A stretch of 64,000 bases of DNA from Trichodelitschia bisporula (Eukaryota), in assembly GCA_010356995.1 (NCBI GenBank), contig ML996704.1:372001-436000 (forward strand), read 5' to 3'. Below are positions 42,401 to 56,831 of this stretch, piece by piece (position 1 is the stretch's first letter; every line of letters begins with the position of its first letter). The notes under the pieces were generated by a model. That model worked only from the letters and a program-made list of their open reading frames with translations, ran no database searches and had not been told where the DNA came from. The position numbers and the translations under genes are program-made.

Positions 42401-45400
42401 CAACCTACTCATCACCATTGCCCGCTATATCTCCCGACAGAGGAACCCAAGCCAATCCTACACTACCACCGACAAGGCCAGCACAAGGCTGAACCGAACC
42501 ACTGCAACCTACCTCCTGATCCCCAACTCCAAACCTATCCTCACCCACCCATATTCACAGCAAAGAAAAGCCAATACTTACCCAAGTGCATTATCACACC
42601 CACCCATGGAAATCCCATCTCAAAAGCCCAGTCCCTCATCAAACCCCCACACTTACCCGTACCCAGCACACCCGAGCGCGAAACACACCTCCGTGCCCCC
42701 CTCGGCCCGCGTCAACCCCAAACAAAGCCCGTGCCAGCGCCCCAACCGGAACACAAAGAACCAAAGTACATTCGTATAAAAGGGCAGCTTGGCCCGCCCG
42801 CGCCCAGCAGCCCAGAACTCCTCGCCCAGCCCTGCGCACCGTTTCGTTGTTACACGTTCTTGGCCCCAAGATCGGTACGACCGCCGCGGATGGGAGGAGG
42901 AGGGTTTTACCGCGCCGAGACGGCGGGATGGGTAACCGTGCTTCGTACTTCGTACCGTACAACGGGCCCAAGGCGCCGAGAGGGTATAATTACCGCCTGC
43001 GCGGGGCGGTTACGCAGAGGATATGGGTGCGGCGGTTACCTGAGCAGGACGCGGATTCGACGAAGCTGCCGGTGTGAGTTCGGTGAAGAACAGCACTGAA
43101 GCTGAGATGCCGATCTGCAGCCGAGAATAGCATAAAGAGATCGGACAGTCCTTACAGACACGCTGCGAGACACGGGGCGTGTGCTACGTGCGCACAAGGT
43201 GTGGCTGCGGCGGGAAGGGCGGGCTGGTGGTTCGTCGATTGGGTCTGGGTCTTGGGCCGATGTGCGATCGGCAGGAGAAGACTTGGCTATGTGCGATGAG
43301 TGCGGTGCCGAGACATGGGAGTTTCACGCCGAGAGATAGAGTCCGTTTTTGTGAAAGGGGACGATGCGTAGAGCCGCGTCGCGTGCTCAGTTTGTCCCCT
43401 CGGGTTCTGCTGATGTGAGCCCCCAACCCCCGACGAGACGTCCTGCCGGTAAACAGCGGAGAGCAAAGAAGAGTCGTTGTGCGACGCGCGCGACCGCCAA
43501 TGTCGCCAAGTGGGATATTGGGAAACGGAACGGATGGGAGGAGGGATGCGTCGCGGGGCTTGAGCCCTTTGAAGTGAAGCTTTTCCCTGCGCCGGGCAGA
43601 GCGGCATCATCGCCACGCCCGCGCTTCCGGCGGTGAGCGGCTGCCGATTTACGTACGAGCCGCCGTGGGGGAAGCGGTGACCGCGTGCGCTCGGGACGGT
43701 ATCTTACGATGAGGGATTTTGGCCGCTGGGACAAAGCCGACGGATGGACATGCCGGTGAGCTTCGTGTTTGCGGAGCTGAAGCTCGAGCTCCAACTTGAG
43801 CTTGACGACGGGAAGAGGTTAAGCAAGTCGCACGGCCACCTGCAGCACTCTCCGACAGGTAACGTCACGGCGGCCGTTTTCCCAGCCTCGTGCTTTCTTG
43901 AAGAGGTGTAGCAAAGGCCGCGGCTCGCGATGCGGGATTAATATGTCGCGCCGCTCTAGCCGCGCCGAGGACCCGGCCTTACGCTGCGGGCAGACCCGGC
44001 GAGGGCCGCTCGCTTGATGCTGCTCCCGCGCGCAACTCGCAAATGGTAACTACTCACACGCGCAAGGCAAGGCTCGTCTTTATCGTCATCCCGCGGGGTC
44101 CGCAGACGAGACTGTTGCTGTCAACGGTACCTACCAAGGTAAGTGATCACGATTCCAGCCCGCCGCCCACGATTGGCCAACCGGGAGCGCACTTTGCTCG
44201 CGCCCCGGTCCTGGTCCAAAAGCGGATAAGCTCCACCGCGGCTCGGCCGCGGCTGACGGGGCATGACGCAGCGTGCGGGCTGGCTAGCGCGGTGGCGCGC
44301 GGGGGTGCAGCGTGGGATATGGGCGAGGCTGGGAGTGTGAAACGCGGGACGCTGGACGGAGCTGAGGGGGGGGCATGGGGGGTAGCGGAGATGGTGCCGG
44401 TATGGGCTCGTAGAGTAAGCGGGCTGGGAAGGGAGAGGTACGGTATTTGGGACTTGATGGGCGATTGGACGGGAGGATAGATGAATTCACGGGTTGTTGA
44501 GTGTGAGGGCGTAAACAATAACGTCACTCGCCGAGGCCGCTGCGTGCCCGGTGCATACTGCGCATGGCGCGATTCGCTGCGCGGGGGGCCAAGGCCGGGA
44601 CTCGGGTGCGCTTCTGTCGCCATCGCGAGGCTTGCGAGCGGCGTAGGGTTGTGGAAACGCAGGACGAGTCGTGCGAAAGTCAAATCGCCTTCGTGCGGGC
44701 CGGGGCGGAACGAGGACGATTCAGATGCGGGATGTGGTGCCGATGGCTGCGATATGCGTTTCAAACTCGCTGCGAGTTTGTGGGTTGTGGTGCACGTGCG
44801 ACGCTCGTTGTTGCGGGGAGGAACGGGCGGTATGAAGCGCTCCAGCTATCGAGGTGGGATGCAGTGATGCGGCGATGCGTACCTACGCGCCCGAGTGACG
44901 TTTAGCGCTCTGCATGTCGCGAGCTGCGTGCAGGTCTAGTGTGGGGTGCAGAGCTAGCACGTCGTGGCCGAGTGCCGCAACTCCTCGGAGGGGACGGAGG
45001 TGCGTAGCCGCGAGCGCTGTCGGCTTTCAATGGTGTTGGTGTTGGCGCCGAGCCTGCGGGTGGGTGCGGTAACCTTCCGTTATGCGGTCGCGGCGACTTG
45101 GGAGAGACGAAACGAAGCGATGTTGAGATGTTGGCGATGTGTTGTGCTTGCGGTGTCAGAGCTCCAGGAACAGTATCAGACTGTTTCTGCGGCCATGGCC
45201 CCGTGCAAAGCGCGCGCGAGGATGCCCCGAATGCGGCCCGTCGGGCGGAGGGTGAGGGACGATCGCTGGTTTCGGGGATTGGGCGTGCTTTCGAAGGAGC
45301 GGGATCGGAGACGGATGCGGGTCGGCGGTAGGGCGGGCGGGCTCGAGATGCGAAAGGGTATGCGGATGGACCAAGGGGCTTTTGGCCGCGCGTTTGATGA

Positions 45401-48400
45401 GGACCCAGACTGGCAATTATGTTATCTCCTTTGTAGAGGAGATTCGCCGTCGATCACGATATCGCGCGTAGAACGGCGCTCATAGACGCGCCGCTCTTTT
45501 CAAAGTGCCTAGACTAAACGCGCTACTGTTGGAACTATCGGTATCATGTAGTATCCACCGGTACCTGGTGTCCGCCGCGTACATGGCGGCGTGTGGAGAC
45601 AACTGTGGTTCCTTCCCCCCTTCCCGTTCCTCTATCATAAGCTTCGATCCCGGGCTCTGCCGTCGGCTCCACAAATTATGCGGAAAAGGGTCGGTGGCCA
45701 AATTACCGCGTCCATCCGCCGCCGGACTACTACGTAGACGCGAGAAGCCGCGAACCGAGAACAGAAAAGTCCTAATGGTGTCTTCTGGAATTGGGGGGAA
45801 ATCGCGCGCGCCAGACACCCCCAACTACCCACCAATAGCGCTCGTCATAGCCGACGTTTGCGCCTGTCGGGGAAAGCAGAGAGAGAGGCATTTTACGTCC
45901 TGCTGGGCATTCCATCTCGTTTCCGTCATTATTATTGCCAGCCTGCATTCCGCCTTCTGTCCAAGCGCAGCCCGACGGCCGGTGATGCGGGCATCGAAGG
46001 CCGGGATTCCAAGAGCCTCATCCCGATCATGCCGTGTTTCCATATTTTTCTCTTCCACTTGCCGGATTGGGAGTACCTGGAAGACGCCGATGAATTCGCG
46101 ATGCAAAAATTATTTGCTGGCAACCGTGCAGGGTATAGGCGTTGATGTGTGTGGACGGCCTCCTAGCACTTTTTTGCCCTTCCCGTCACCCAACATCCAC
46201 TTCTCCCCCACTCTCTCCCGCAGGGCTATGGATAGGGCTAGGTACGCGGTTCTGGCCTGGGACGATGGATATGCCACAGCGGGAGGTGGGTTTTGGCCGT
46301 TTTGCCTCTTTTCAAAGCTCCGCAAGGGTTCACGACCGTGTCAGCTTCCTCGTTTGGCGTATCTGATGCTGGGGGAGGAGAGGAGACGTGGGAGAGATGT
46401 AGGCGAGTATTGAGAATGCCGATCGCTTTTGCTAGTAATGCGTGAGTAAGCCTCGCGCGGGGTACACCTTGGCTTTGTTGGACTGTTGCATGAGCATCAG
46501 CATCGGTATTTCGGCCTTGTGGTTTGCGTTCTTCTTCTCTCGAACCCGCAGCTTCATCGCTCTCTTCATTCGTCGGCCAGATGCTTGGTATGGAGGCAGA
46601 TAGTGAATAAACGGTATCCCCCACCAGCTCACCACTGCAAAGCCAGGGGCAGCCGTGGCCACCCAGCGGGGCATGCACACCAAGACAGGAGGCTCCGTAG
46701 TGACCGAGGGTAAACGGCCTATTCCCAACGTAGAAAGGGCGAGGAACGTCCTCTCCAAAGTACCCCGAGCTGGCCCATTTGATCCCGCCAGCCCAGCGAC
46801 AACATGGTGAGCCATGGATGGAATCTGGATGGTTCATGGATTATTGGCCCTCTCCCATGCTCAAACATAAAGCTGCCATTTGATACCTGGCCCCGAAGAA
46901 AGGCACCGACACGCGCGCGTACGGTACACTGCAAGTGCACGACTAAACTTCCGTATGGTGGGGAAGAGATGTGGCGGCGGGCGGCAGAGCAAAGTCTGTT
47001 GAAGCACTCTGTGACAGCTTGGTGCGGGGGACAGCGCCTCACCGTAGCATGTCACTGCGAGCCTCTCCATCGCTGAGGGCTTCATCGAAGGGCTGCCCGA
47101 GAGCGGCGTCTTGTATCGCTGGGCTCTGGCCGGCCAAGCTGCTGGGCGCAATTCTCGACTTGGCGGCGACGATGCAAATCGGCTTGGTTTTTGCTTGGAG
47201 ACGTTACATGCTTCGTCGTTTGCGGATGTAGATGGGAAGATCAAGACGGACACGGGGTTATTATCGAGCTGGGCGTCTGTTTCGATGTGGCTCTTGTACT
47301 CTTGTTATCGGTGCAGATTGAGTTTATACGTGCGTGGAGGGTAGCCAAAGCGGGTTGGGTGTCGTCGTCCCTACCGTACCATTGTGAAGCTTAAAGGGAT
47401 CTGGTCGCCCACGGGTTCCATCAACCAAATGCAAGACTGACGGGCAGTCGAGCGATATATCTCATCAAAGGGACCTTCTTTCCCTTGAGCCAAACTATCT
47501 GCAGCTTGAGTTTGATCATTGTGTCTTTTTCTCAACTACATCCATATAGCGCGCGATCATCCCTCTTTCATCATTTTATCGGCCTTTTACATCTTGCATC
47601 ATCATCGGCATCATCCACGCCAGCCCCGCGCCTCGCTGCTGATAACGGTTTCGGCACCCGACACGGCTGGGATTATTCAATTACCCACTAGCCGACCCTG
47701 TTCCCGCCTTCACCCTGCGCGGTCGCTGCACGAGAAACGGGCGAAGGAAAAAAAGCCGCGCATTTTTTTCGCTCACTCGACGGTGATTTGAGGATTTGCT
47801 TGCCTCAGGCCAGTTAGTGCTCGGTCGGGACCAAGTTGTTGCCGTAGCGAGAAGAGACGGCGAGAGAGCAGGAAGCCTTCGTCAGTCACCCCAAACAAAC
47901 AGTTGGTGAGTTGACACCTTTGCTGCATAGTTGCGTACGTAGTAGAGACGAGAAGAAAAAAACTCAACCACAAAAAAAAACCCGCAAGGCTAGAGAAGGG
48001 ATTTGCAGTACGCAAGCTGGTCCCGGAGGGTAAAGACCGCATAATCACCGACCTCTACTGACTATTAAATCAACAGTTTTGTCGGCATTCTGTTCTGAGT
48101 GTTCGACAGCTTCATCAGTTCTTCACTCTCGTCTCTTAATTCTTCAGACTTCTTTGTCGCCTTGAAGAGAGTGGAAGCTCGTCCACCATCACCACCACCA
48201 CCACCATCACCACCATCAACCTCCACCGGCGTCATAAGCACAGCAAGCAACTGAGCAAAGAGACCGGCCTGTCGCGCACCCCGGTCAAGGCCATCGGTCG
48301 CCGAACACGCCAAACCCTTCAAGGGCACTTTAGCAGCTTTTTCTCTCTAGCTCCGCTTCAAGCAACGCTTCAGAGGAAAACCAGCCAAAAGTTTCCCCTC

Positions 48401-48842
48401 CCATCCTCCCTCTCGCCCGCCCGCCTTTCTTCCTCTCTTCCTAAACCTCTCTCCCGTTGGCTGCTCACGTCTTCGCTTCTCCGTCCGACTTCCGATACGG
48501 CCAAAACCCGCACCCAAGGCGAACAGCGGCGCGCACGGGCCACCCCACAACGCCTCCTACCGATTGCCCACTAACGCCCACCAATCTCCCGCTCTCCACC
48601 TCTTCTCTTCCTCCCACCCACCCACCCTCCACCCCCCCGACCCCAATCCTACTTTTAATCCTCTCGAATTCCGCTCCAACTTCCTTCCTCGCAGGTTTCT
48701 GGCTTGGATTTTCCTCGAAGGAATTTTCGCTCAAGAGTCAAGGCCTCGCGCGTCTTCAAGAACTCAGTCAGCCCTCAGTCAATTAATCGACAGTCTTCTT
48801 CCATCCAGAGACCCGACTCGGTCCGACTATCTCACTTTCCTG

Positions 48843-49218
48843 GTACGTTGCCTCCTGCTTCACTACTCTTCCCTCCATCCCATACGCAAACCACACGTCC
48901 CCCCTCTCCTCCCTGCTCGACCACCCGTTTCCCGGCTGCTGGTTGGGGTTTAGCTCCAGCAAAACAAAAGCGCACCCATCCGCACATCTACGCAACATCG
49001 CGTCGATCCACTCGGCGTACCAATCTACTCGTCCTGACAAGACACGCACCCGTCCTCTCCCACCCTATCTCCACTTCTTATTCATCCGCGCATTTATTAT
49101 CCATCGCACCCCCGCCCGCTTCCGCACTCAATTGCTTCGCTTTCGCATCCTCCATCGTTCTCACGGTGTCGCGTCGCGTCTTTCGTCGCCTTTGCTGACC
49201 GTCTCTCCCAGTTTTTAG
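48843..49218 (+). other. Probable 5'-UTR intron of PMA1
   Basis: GTACGT donor at 48843 and GCTGAC branch site followed by CAG (49211) or TAG (49218) acceptors 12-19 nt before the PMA1 ATG, inside a pyrimidine-rich leader. Confidence 0.6.
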
Positions 49219-49230
49219 AAGCTCTCTGCG

Positions 49231-52200
49231 ATGGCGGAACACGAAGGCGGCGTCGCGCCGACCAATCACCTGCGCACCGAGGTGCCGACAGGAGGTCTGG
49301 ACGAGAAGAAGGAGTATGGAGCTCCCGCCCACGAGGGTGTCGTCCACGATAAGACTGAGCCGCCCTTCCAGGAAGAGGAAGAGGATGAGGACATGGATGC
49401 CCTCATTGAGGAGCTCGAGTCGCAAGATCACAATGTCGAGGACGAAGAGGAGGAGACCCAAGCTCCCGGTGCTGCCCGCACAGTCCCGGAAGAGCTGCTC
49501 CAGACCAGCACTCGCGATGGTCTGAGTACTGCTGAGGTCGCGCAGCGCAAGAAGCGTTTCGGTCTCAACCAGATGAAGGAAGAGAAGGAGAACATGATCC
49601 TCAAGTTCCTTGGTTTCTTCATCGGTCCTATCCAGTTCGTCATGGAGGTGAGAGCTACCCCGGTCGGTGTTGTCGCGTCGAAACGCCCAGGTTGTTTCAC
49701 GCGTCAACCCCGTCATTAAGCCACGTTCTAATACTAACACAAACCAGGCTGCCGCCGTTCTCGCTGCTGGTCTCCAGGATTGGGTTGACTTCGGTGTCAT
49801 TTGCGGTATGTTTCAACGCCAGCGTTTTCCAGAATCCCACTAACTTGATGCAGCCCTTCTGTTGCTCAACGCTTGCGTCGGTTTCATCCAGGAATTCCAG
49901 GCCGGTTCCATTGTCGCCGAATTGAAGAAGACTCTGGCACTCAAGGCTACTGTTCTCCGTGACGGCAAGCTGCAGGAAATCGAGGCTCCCGAGGTTGTCC
50001 CTGGTGATATCCTCCAGATCGAAGAGGTTTGTTTCATGCGCCCTTCAATTGACGTGTGCTAACTACTCAGGGTACCATCATCCCCGCCGACGGTCGCATT
50101 GTTACCGAAGACGCGTTCCTCCAGGTTGATCAGTCGTCCATCACTGGCGAGTCCCTCGCTGTTGATAAGCACAATGGCGATACTTGCTATGCCTCTTCGG
50201 CCGTCAAGCGTGGCGAGGCCTTCATGGTCGTCACCGCCACTGGTGACAGCACTTTCGTCGGTCGTGCCGCTGCGCTCGTTGCTTCGGCCTCTACTGGCAC
50301 TGGTCACTTCACGGAGGTGCTTAACGGCATCGGTACCGTATTGCTGATTCTTGTCATCGTCACCCTGCTCGTCGTCTGGGTGTCGTCTTTCTACCGGTCC
50401 AACTCGATTGTCACCATCCTCGAGTTCACTCTGGCCATCACCATCATTGGTGTGCCCGTCGGTCTCCCCGCCGTCGTTACGACCACCATGGCTGTCGGTG
50501 CCGCGTACCTCGCCAAGAAGAAGGCTATCGTCCAGAAACTGTCGGCCATTGAGTCCCTGGCTGGTGTCGAGATTCTCTGCTCCGACAAGACCGGTACCCT
50601 GACCAAGAACAAGCTGTCTCTCGCTGAGCCCTACTGCGTTGCCGGTGTCGATCCTGAGGATCTTATGCTGACTGCCTGCTTGGCTGCCTCGCGCAAGAAG
50701 AAGGGTATTGATGCTATCGACAAGGCTTTCCTCAAGTCGCTGAAGTACTACCCGCGTGCCAAGAGCGTTCTGTCCAAGTACAAGATCATCGATTTCCACC
50801 CCTTCGACCCCGTCTCCAAGAAGGTTCAGGCCGTTGTCGAGTCCCCCCACGGCGAGCGCATCATTTGCGTCAAGGGTGCCCCGCTCTTCGTTCTCAAGAC
50901 TGTCGAGGAGGACCACCCCATTCCGGCTGATGTTGACGAGGCGTACAAGAACAAGGTCGCTGAGTTCGCTACCCGTGGTTTCCGTTCGCTCGGTGTTGCG
51001 CGCAAGCGTGGCGATGCTTCGTGGGAGATTCTCGGCATTATGCCCTGCTCTGACCCCCCGCGTCACGACACTTACCGCACTGTTCACGAAGCCAAGAGCC
51101 TGGGTCTGTCCATCAAGATGTTGACTGGTGACGCCGTCGGTATTGCTCGTGAGACCTCGCGCCAGCTGGGTCTTGGCACCAACGTCTACAACGCTGAGCG
51201 CCTTGGTCTTGGTGGTGGGGGTGAGATGCCCGGTTCCGAGGTTTACGATTTCGTTGAGGCTGCCGACGGTTTCGCCGAGGTTTTCCCCCAGCACAAGTAC
51301 AACGTCGTTGAGATCCTCCAGCAGCGCGGTTACCTCGTTGCCATGACTGGTGATGGTGTCAACGATGCTCCGTCGCTGAAGAAGGCTGACACCGGTATCG
51401 CTGTCGAGGGTGCGTCTGACGCCGCCCGCTCCGCCGCCGATATTGTCTTCCTTGCTCCCGGTCTGTCCGCCATCATCGATGCTCTCAAGACTTCGCGCCA
51501 GATTTTCCATCGCATGTATGCGTACGTCGTCTACCGTATTGCCCTGTCGCTGCATTTGGAGATCTTCCTCGGCCTGTGGATCGCCATCCTTAACACTTCG
51601 CTGAACCTGGAACTTGTGGTCTTCATCGCCATCTTCGCTGATGTTGCGACTCTTGCCATCGCCTACGACAATGCACCTTACTCCAAGACTCCCGTCAAGT
51701 GGAACCTGCCCAAGCTCTGGGGTATGTCCGTTCTGCTCGGTGTCATTCTGGCCATCGGTACCTGGATCACGCTTACCACCATGTTCCCGTATCCCCACCA
51801 TGCCAACTCTCCCAGCCGTGGCCAGGGTGTTAGCGGTGGTATCGTTCAGAATTTCGGTGTCCGCGATGAGGTCCTTTTCCTGCAGATCTCTCTGTCTGAG
51901 AACTGGCTCATCTTCATCACGCGTGCCAACGGTCCGTTCTGGAGCAGCATTCCCTCGTGGCAGCTGGCTGGTGCCATTCTAGTTGTCGACATCATCGCCA
52001 CCATGTTCACCCTTTTCGGTTGGTTCGTCGGTGGTCAGACTTCCATTGTCGCCGTCGTGCGTATCTGGATCTTCTCGTTCGGTGTCTTCTGCGTCATGGG
52101 TGGTGTCTACTACCTGTTGCAAGGCAGCCAGGGCTTCGACAACCTGATGCATGGCAAGTCCCCCAAGAAGGACGCCAAGCAGCGCTCGCTTGAGGACTTT

Positions 52201-52297
52201 GGTAAGTTGCTCTACTTCTTTGTCTCAACCCTTGCTAACACTGCTTCCAGTTGTCTCATTGCAGCGTGTGTCGACTCAACACGAGAAGAGCGCATAG
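49231..52297 (+). CDS. PMA1: Plasma-membrane H+-ATPase (P3A-type), 941 aa
   Basis: Exons 49231-49647, 49748-49805, 49854-50026, 50071-52201, 52251-52297 (2,826 nt, in frame). Motifs [38 protein letters not shown]-terminal regulatory tail [20 protein letters not shown]; strong codon bias. Confidence 0.99.
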
Positions 52298-53702
52298 TCG
52301 GAACTCCCCTCCCGCAGCACGAAGATACCCCCGGGGCGAAGGTTAGCGGAGCGAGCGAGATAGTACGAATTAATAATTTCCATCTTCATCTACGGGATGA
52401 CGGTCACGGATTAGCCTTGGGACTGCGATGGCACCGGTCGAGGAAATGACACGGTGGATTCAATGTTAATAATGAGCAAATCCAGAGCCCCCCATTGAAG
52501 ACTCTACTAGAACGGCGGCGCGTTGGAACTTACAAAAGCCCTGGCGATCCTGACTTTAGACAAGTCTTTCCATTCTTTTGGCATCTTTTTTTTTTCTTTT
52601 CTGGTACTCTTACTTTTGGTTTGGAACTCCGCATCCCGTACCCGGGATCGCATGGTAGGACAACACTAATACATTCTCTCTCACGAGGTGGCTTTTCTCT
52701 TATACTGTTTCTTCATTCGCATTTTCTCGCTTTGTCTCTCGCAGACCTTGGGCTTTGGTGTTTGTAGTTTTGAGGCTTGTGGGCTGTGGTGTGATGGCTC
52801 TGGCTCGCAGCGGACATTGATGGTTTGCAGCCTTGGGTGGTGACGGTGGTCTTTGTACATAAGATATAGAGTATTGGGTTGCATACAAATCGTCGTTCGC
52901 TGAAGCTACGCTTGTCTCTTTCGTGACTCGTGTCCTCATTCCTTCATACCTACTCTACCCTCCCAACTTGACTACTCTGAAGGATCTCGATCCTGGAGCT
53001 CCCCCCCCTCCACCTCCCGTGCCTTGGAAAGCTACGATGCGCGCAATTGTCCAATCCTGCCTCGCATCGTCTCGGCAAGAGCGGGGTAGCTCACATGCAT
53101 CCCCTCGCTCATCCGCGTCGGTCCAATCGCGCCGTCGACGTCAGCCCTCCAACAGGGAGGGGAGCGGGTGCTCCCTATCTCTTACTCAGCCTGACCGAAA
53201 TCATCCGCTGTATTGCGTCAACGACTTTCAACCCGCACGTGTAGTCATCTGCGTCGTGGGGGTTACGCAGATTGTCGGCCTTTCGAGCCTGGACTGGACT
53301 GGGCTGCGCTTACGCGGTTTCGGAGGTTTTATGCACTTGCTGGATATGCACCGGCACGCGCCATCCGGTGGGTTGTTTGGTGCTGCGGAAGGGGAGGGGT
53401 GATTGGTGGGCGCCGGTTTGTGTGATCCGCGGCTGGATGAGGGGATTAAGCTGTGCGATTGGGATGTTTTCCGTGGTCGGAGAATAGGCTTTTGCTCCAG
53501 TTGCGGTTGGATAGTTTTTGGATAGCTTTTGGACAAGTGCTTGATTGTGCAATTGCACTTTTCCGGGACGTTGTACGCGCGGGCGGGGGTGTCTGGCGGG
53601 GTACTTAGGGCGGCGGGGCGGCCGCTGACGTCGGTTGCTGATGTGGGGATTGGATTCAGACTTGGATTATCACGAACACGCGCGTTTACGTCGACATTCA
53701 GC

Positions 53703-54765
53703 ATGGCGAATCTCAATATACGTATTCCGAAGCTGAAGCTTAGTGATGGGGCTGCGGTGCCGCTGGTACGTATCTGCCCCGCTGCGCGGCTTTGGCCCTT
53801 GCGATGAGGACGCTGTTTGCTCGTGATGCTGACGTAGTGTAGCTGGCCTACGGCACCGGAACCGCATGGTACAAGCGTGGCGACGAGAGTCAGATCGACC
53901 GTGATCTGGTCGAGAGCATCAAGATCGCGATCAAGCTGGGGTACACGCACCTGGACGGCGCAGAGGGTGTGTTCCCGCTTCTCTCAAGCGTATTGCCAGC
54001 TCCGGCTAATATGAGTAGTCTACAAGACGGAACCGGAACTCGGCCTCGCGATCAAGGAATCGGGCGTGAAGCGCGAGGACCTGTACGTCGTGACGAAGGT
54101 CCTGCCGAACATCAAGGACATCGAGGGCGCGCTGCGGAATAGCTTGAAGAAACTGCAGTTGGATTATGTCGATCTGTATGCCTCCTCCCATGCTGTCACG
54201 ACCCTCGGACTAATCTTCAAGGTACCTCATCCACGCGCCGTGGTTCACCGACGACGACGCCGGCCTGCAAAAGGCCTGGGCGGACATGGAGGCCGTCAAA
54301 GCCGCCGGTCTGACCAAGTCAATCGGCGTGTCGAACTACTTGGTCCCGCACCTGGAGGCTACACTCAAGACAGCCACTTCCCCACCCGTCATCAACCAGA
54401 TCGAGTTTCACCCGTACCTCCAGCGGTCCGAGCTGCTCGCCTTCCACAAAACGCACAACATCGCCACCGCGGCCTACGGCCCGCTGACGGCTGTGACTAA
54501 AGGCCCCGGCCCGCTCGACGGCATGCTGGCCGCGCTGGCGAAGAAGTATGCGGTTAGTGAGGCGGAGATTAGTCTGCGGTGGGCGATGGATCAGGACGTT
54601 ATTGCGGTGACGACGAGTAGTAAGGAGCAGCGGTTGAGTGATTATCTCCGCGCGGGCGCGTTTAAGCTTAACCCCGAGGAGATAAGGGAGATCAATCGTG
54701 TTGGGCAGGAGAAGCATTTTAGGGGCTTTTGGCAGGCGAAGTTCGCGGCTGATGATAGGACGTAG
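53703..54765 (+). CDS. Aldo-keto reductase (NADPH-dependent, conjugated polyketone/alpha-keto amide reductase-like)
   Basis: Exons 53703-53765, 53843-53966, 54019-54175, 54222-54765. LAYGTGTAW, HLDGAEVY, REDLYVVTK, DYVDLYLIH (D-Y-K-H tetrad), SIGVSN, NQIEFHPY. Confidence 0.95.
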
Positions 54766-55106
54766 AGCGGCTATGGAGGGGGGCGGGTAGGAATGGCATG
54801 TATGCGTTAAAGTTTGCATTGCTTTGCTGTACGGGGCTGTGAGAACGTTGACGCAGTGTCGTCTAAGACTCTTGCGTCTCTGGCCTTAAGTTGCCGAAGC
54901 CGCCCGTTTCCTATACCTGCCCGTTCTGTGCCGCGGGTCCTCGGCTTCCAGTCCCCAATTCAAGCCGTCTGCTGTAAGTGATGCCATGGACGCCCCTCCC
55001 CCGTCCCTTCCTCGTCTCAGAAGTCGCGCCTTCCGTACCGCCATACATCTGCCCGGCCATGACGTATGCCTTCTCAACCCTTCATCTACCTCTCTCCCAG
55101 ACATCA

Positions 55107-56831
55107 TCATATCTCCTTCAACGGCCCATGATAATCTTTCAACCCCACCCGCCACCAACACATCAACGCCCCCAAAACAGTAACCACATACACCACCGGC
55201 GCCCAATTCATATTCGCCGCCGTCACCGGCGCTACCGTAGGAAAAAGCAACAACACCGTCGCCCACGCCATATACACGATACTAACTACATTCACCGCGA
55301 TCCCCCATCGGCCCAGTTTAAACGGGCCAAAGCGCAGCACCCGCGGCCGGCGTACCCGCAGGTAGAGGATCAGCACCGTGGGCAGGAAGTAAGTGCTGTA
55401 CAGCGCGACCACGGCCAGGGACACGATGGCGTCGAACGCGGCCCGCGAGACCGAGTGTATCGCGGCTAGAAGGAGATTCGCGATTGCGCCCGCGGCGATG
55501 GTGTTCGCGGGTATGCGCCACCGGGGATGAATCGCAGCCAGCCAGTCTGCGAAGGGGAGTCCGCGGTCCCGCGCAAAGGCCCAGGCTAGCCGACTGGCGG
55601 CGGCCATGACGCCGATGGTGGAGAAGATGAGCATGGCGACAAGGACGGTGGCCATGGCGGTGGTGGCGCCGGTGGAGCGCGTTGCGTCGAGGAAGATGGC
55701 GAGGATGGGGTAGCCGGTGGGCGAATCGAGGGCGGCGGAGATGTCGCCCGCGCCGAAGAGGATGGTGAGGAGGAAGCCGAGCCCGAGCGCGCCGTTGAGG
55801 ATGACGGTGGTGAGCATGCTCCAGGGCACGATCCGGGCGGCGTCTTCGATTTCTTCGGCCATGTGCGTGGCGCCATCCCAGCAGCAGAAGGGGTAGGCGA
55901 GGGTTATCATTCCGATTTGCGCGGAGAGGGCGTTACTGGCCCAGCCGCCGGTGTTGAGGAAGGTGGTGAAGACGAAGGAGGGGGGGGATTGCGGGGCGAA
56001 CATTATTAGGGGAATGACGCAGCAGAACCAGCCTAGGACGTGGATTACTAGGATGCAGGATTCGATGAAGGGGAGGACGCGGGCGAGGATGGTGTTGAAG
56101 AGGACGCTGACTAGGATTACGAGCATGAAGATTAGGGTGCCGTGCCAGCGCTCCAGCGTGTAGGAGGGGTGGTTCAGGACGATGAGGCCTTGGATCGCGG
56201 TTGCGGCGATTAGTGCGCAGCTTGCAGTTGTTGCTTGCTGGAGGGGTTAGTGAGCGTGTACACGGGGAGCATATATCTCGAACTGACCCACGCGAGGATG
56301 CTGATCCAGCCTAGGTCAAATCAGCAAGCCGTCCACATCCCCACCGCATCACCTAACCCACTCACCAGCCATATAACTCAAAAAGTTCTTCCACCGCGGC
56401 GGCGCCAGCAGCGCAATAAAATGATACTGCCCCCCCGCCGTCGGGTACTTACTCGCCAGCTCCGCAATCGAGCAACACGTCGCCAGACTCCCTAAAAAGC
56501 ACACCACGAACCCATACACCAATGCCACGGGCCCACCATTCCTCACCCCACCATGCAGAATCAACCCAATGGTTTCCCAGCTCGCGAGCATCGTCGTTGT
56601 TAGCCCGACGATGGACACGAACCCGAATCGGCGGTCGAGCAGCTGCTTCTTGCCCATGCCGCGCATGACGGCGCTGTCGCGCCCCCTGCTCCTGTCGCCG
56701 GACTCCATGCTCCCTCGCTCCGCGGCTTGCAGGAATTCGGATATGTCCATGGTTGCCCCGCGGGATTTGGGCGCGGGAAGGGAGGTCGAGCGCGTGGTGC
56801 GCTCGCTGAGGCCTGAGGAGGGGAGGTCCAT
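55107..56831 (-). CDS. APC-superfamily amino acid/GABA/choline permease
   Basis: Exons 56831-56366, 56310-56288, 56237-55107 (start could be the later MDISEF). Motifs LDRRFGFVSIVG, NGGPVALVYG, SIAELASKYPTAGGQYHF, DGATHMAEEIEDA, SRLAWAFARDRGLPF, FGPFKLGRWG, NMNWA. Confidence 0.95.

Noticed and set aside
42261..43099. 172-265-aa ORFs in the PMA1 upstream desert
   Set aside because: All three frames are open because of C/A-rich low complexity; no recognisable domain or codon pattern.
50059..51801. 580-aa antisense ORF over PMA1
   Set aside because: Shadow frame expected from the strong codon bias of PMA1; no independent protein features.
52202..52449. Alternative PMA1 C-terminus in the ORF track
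   Set aside because: Read-through of the last intron; splicing 52202-52250 restores the conserved [11 protein letters not shown] tail.
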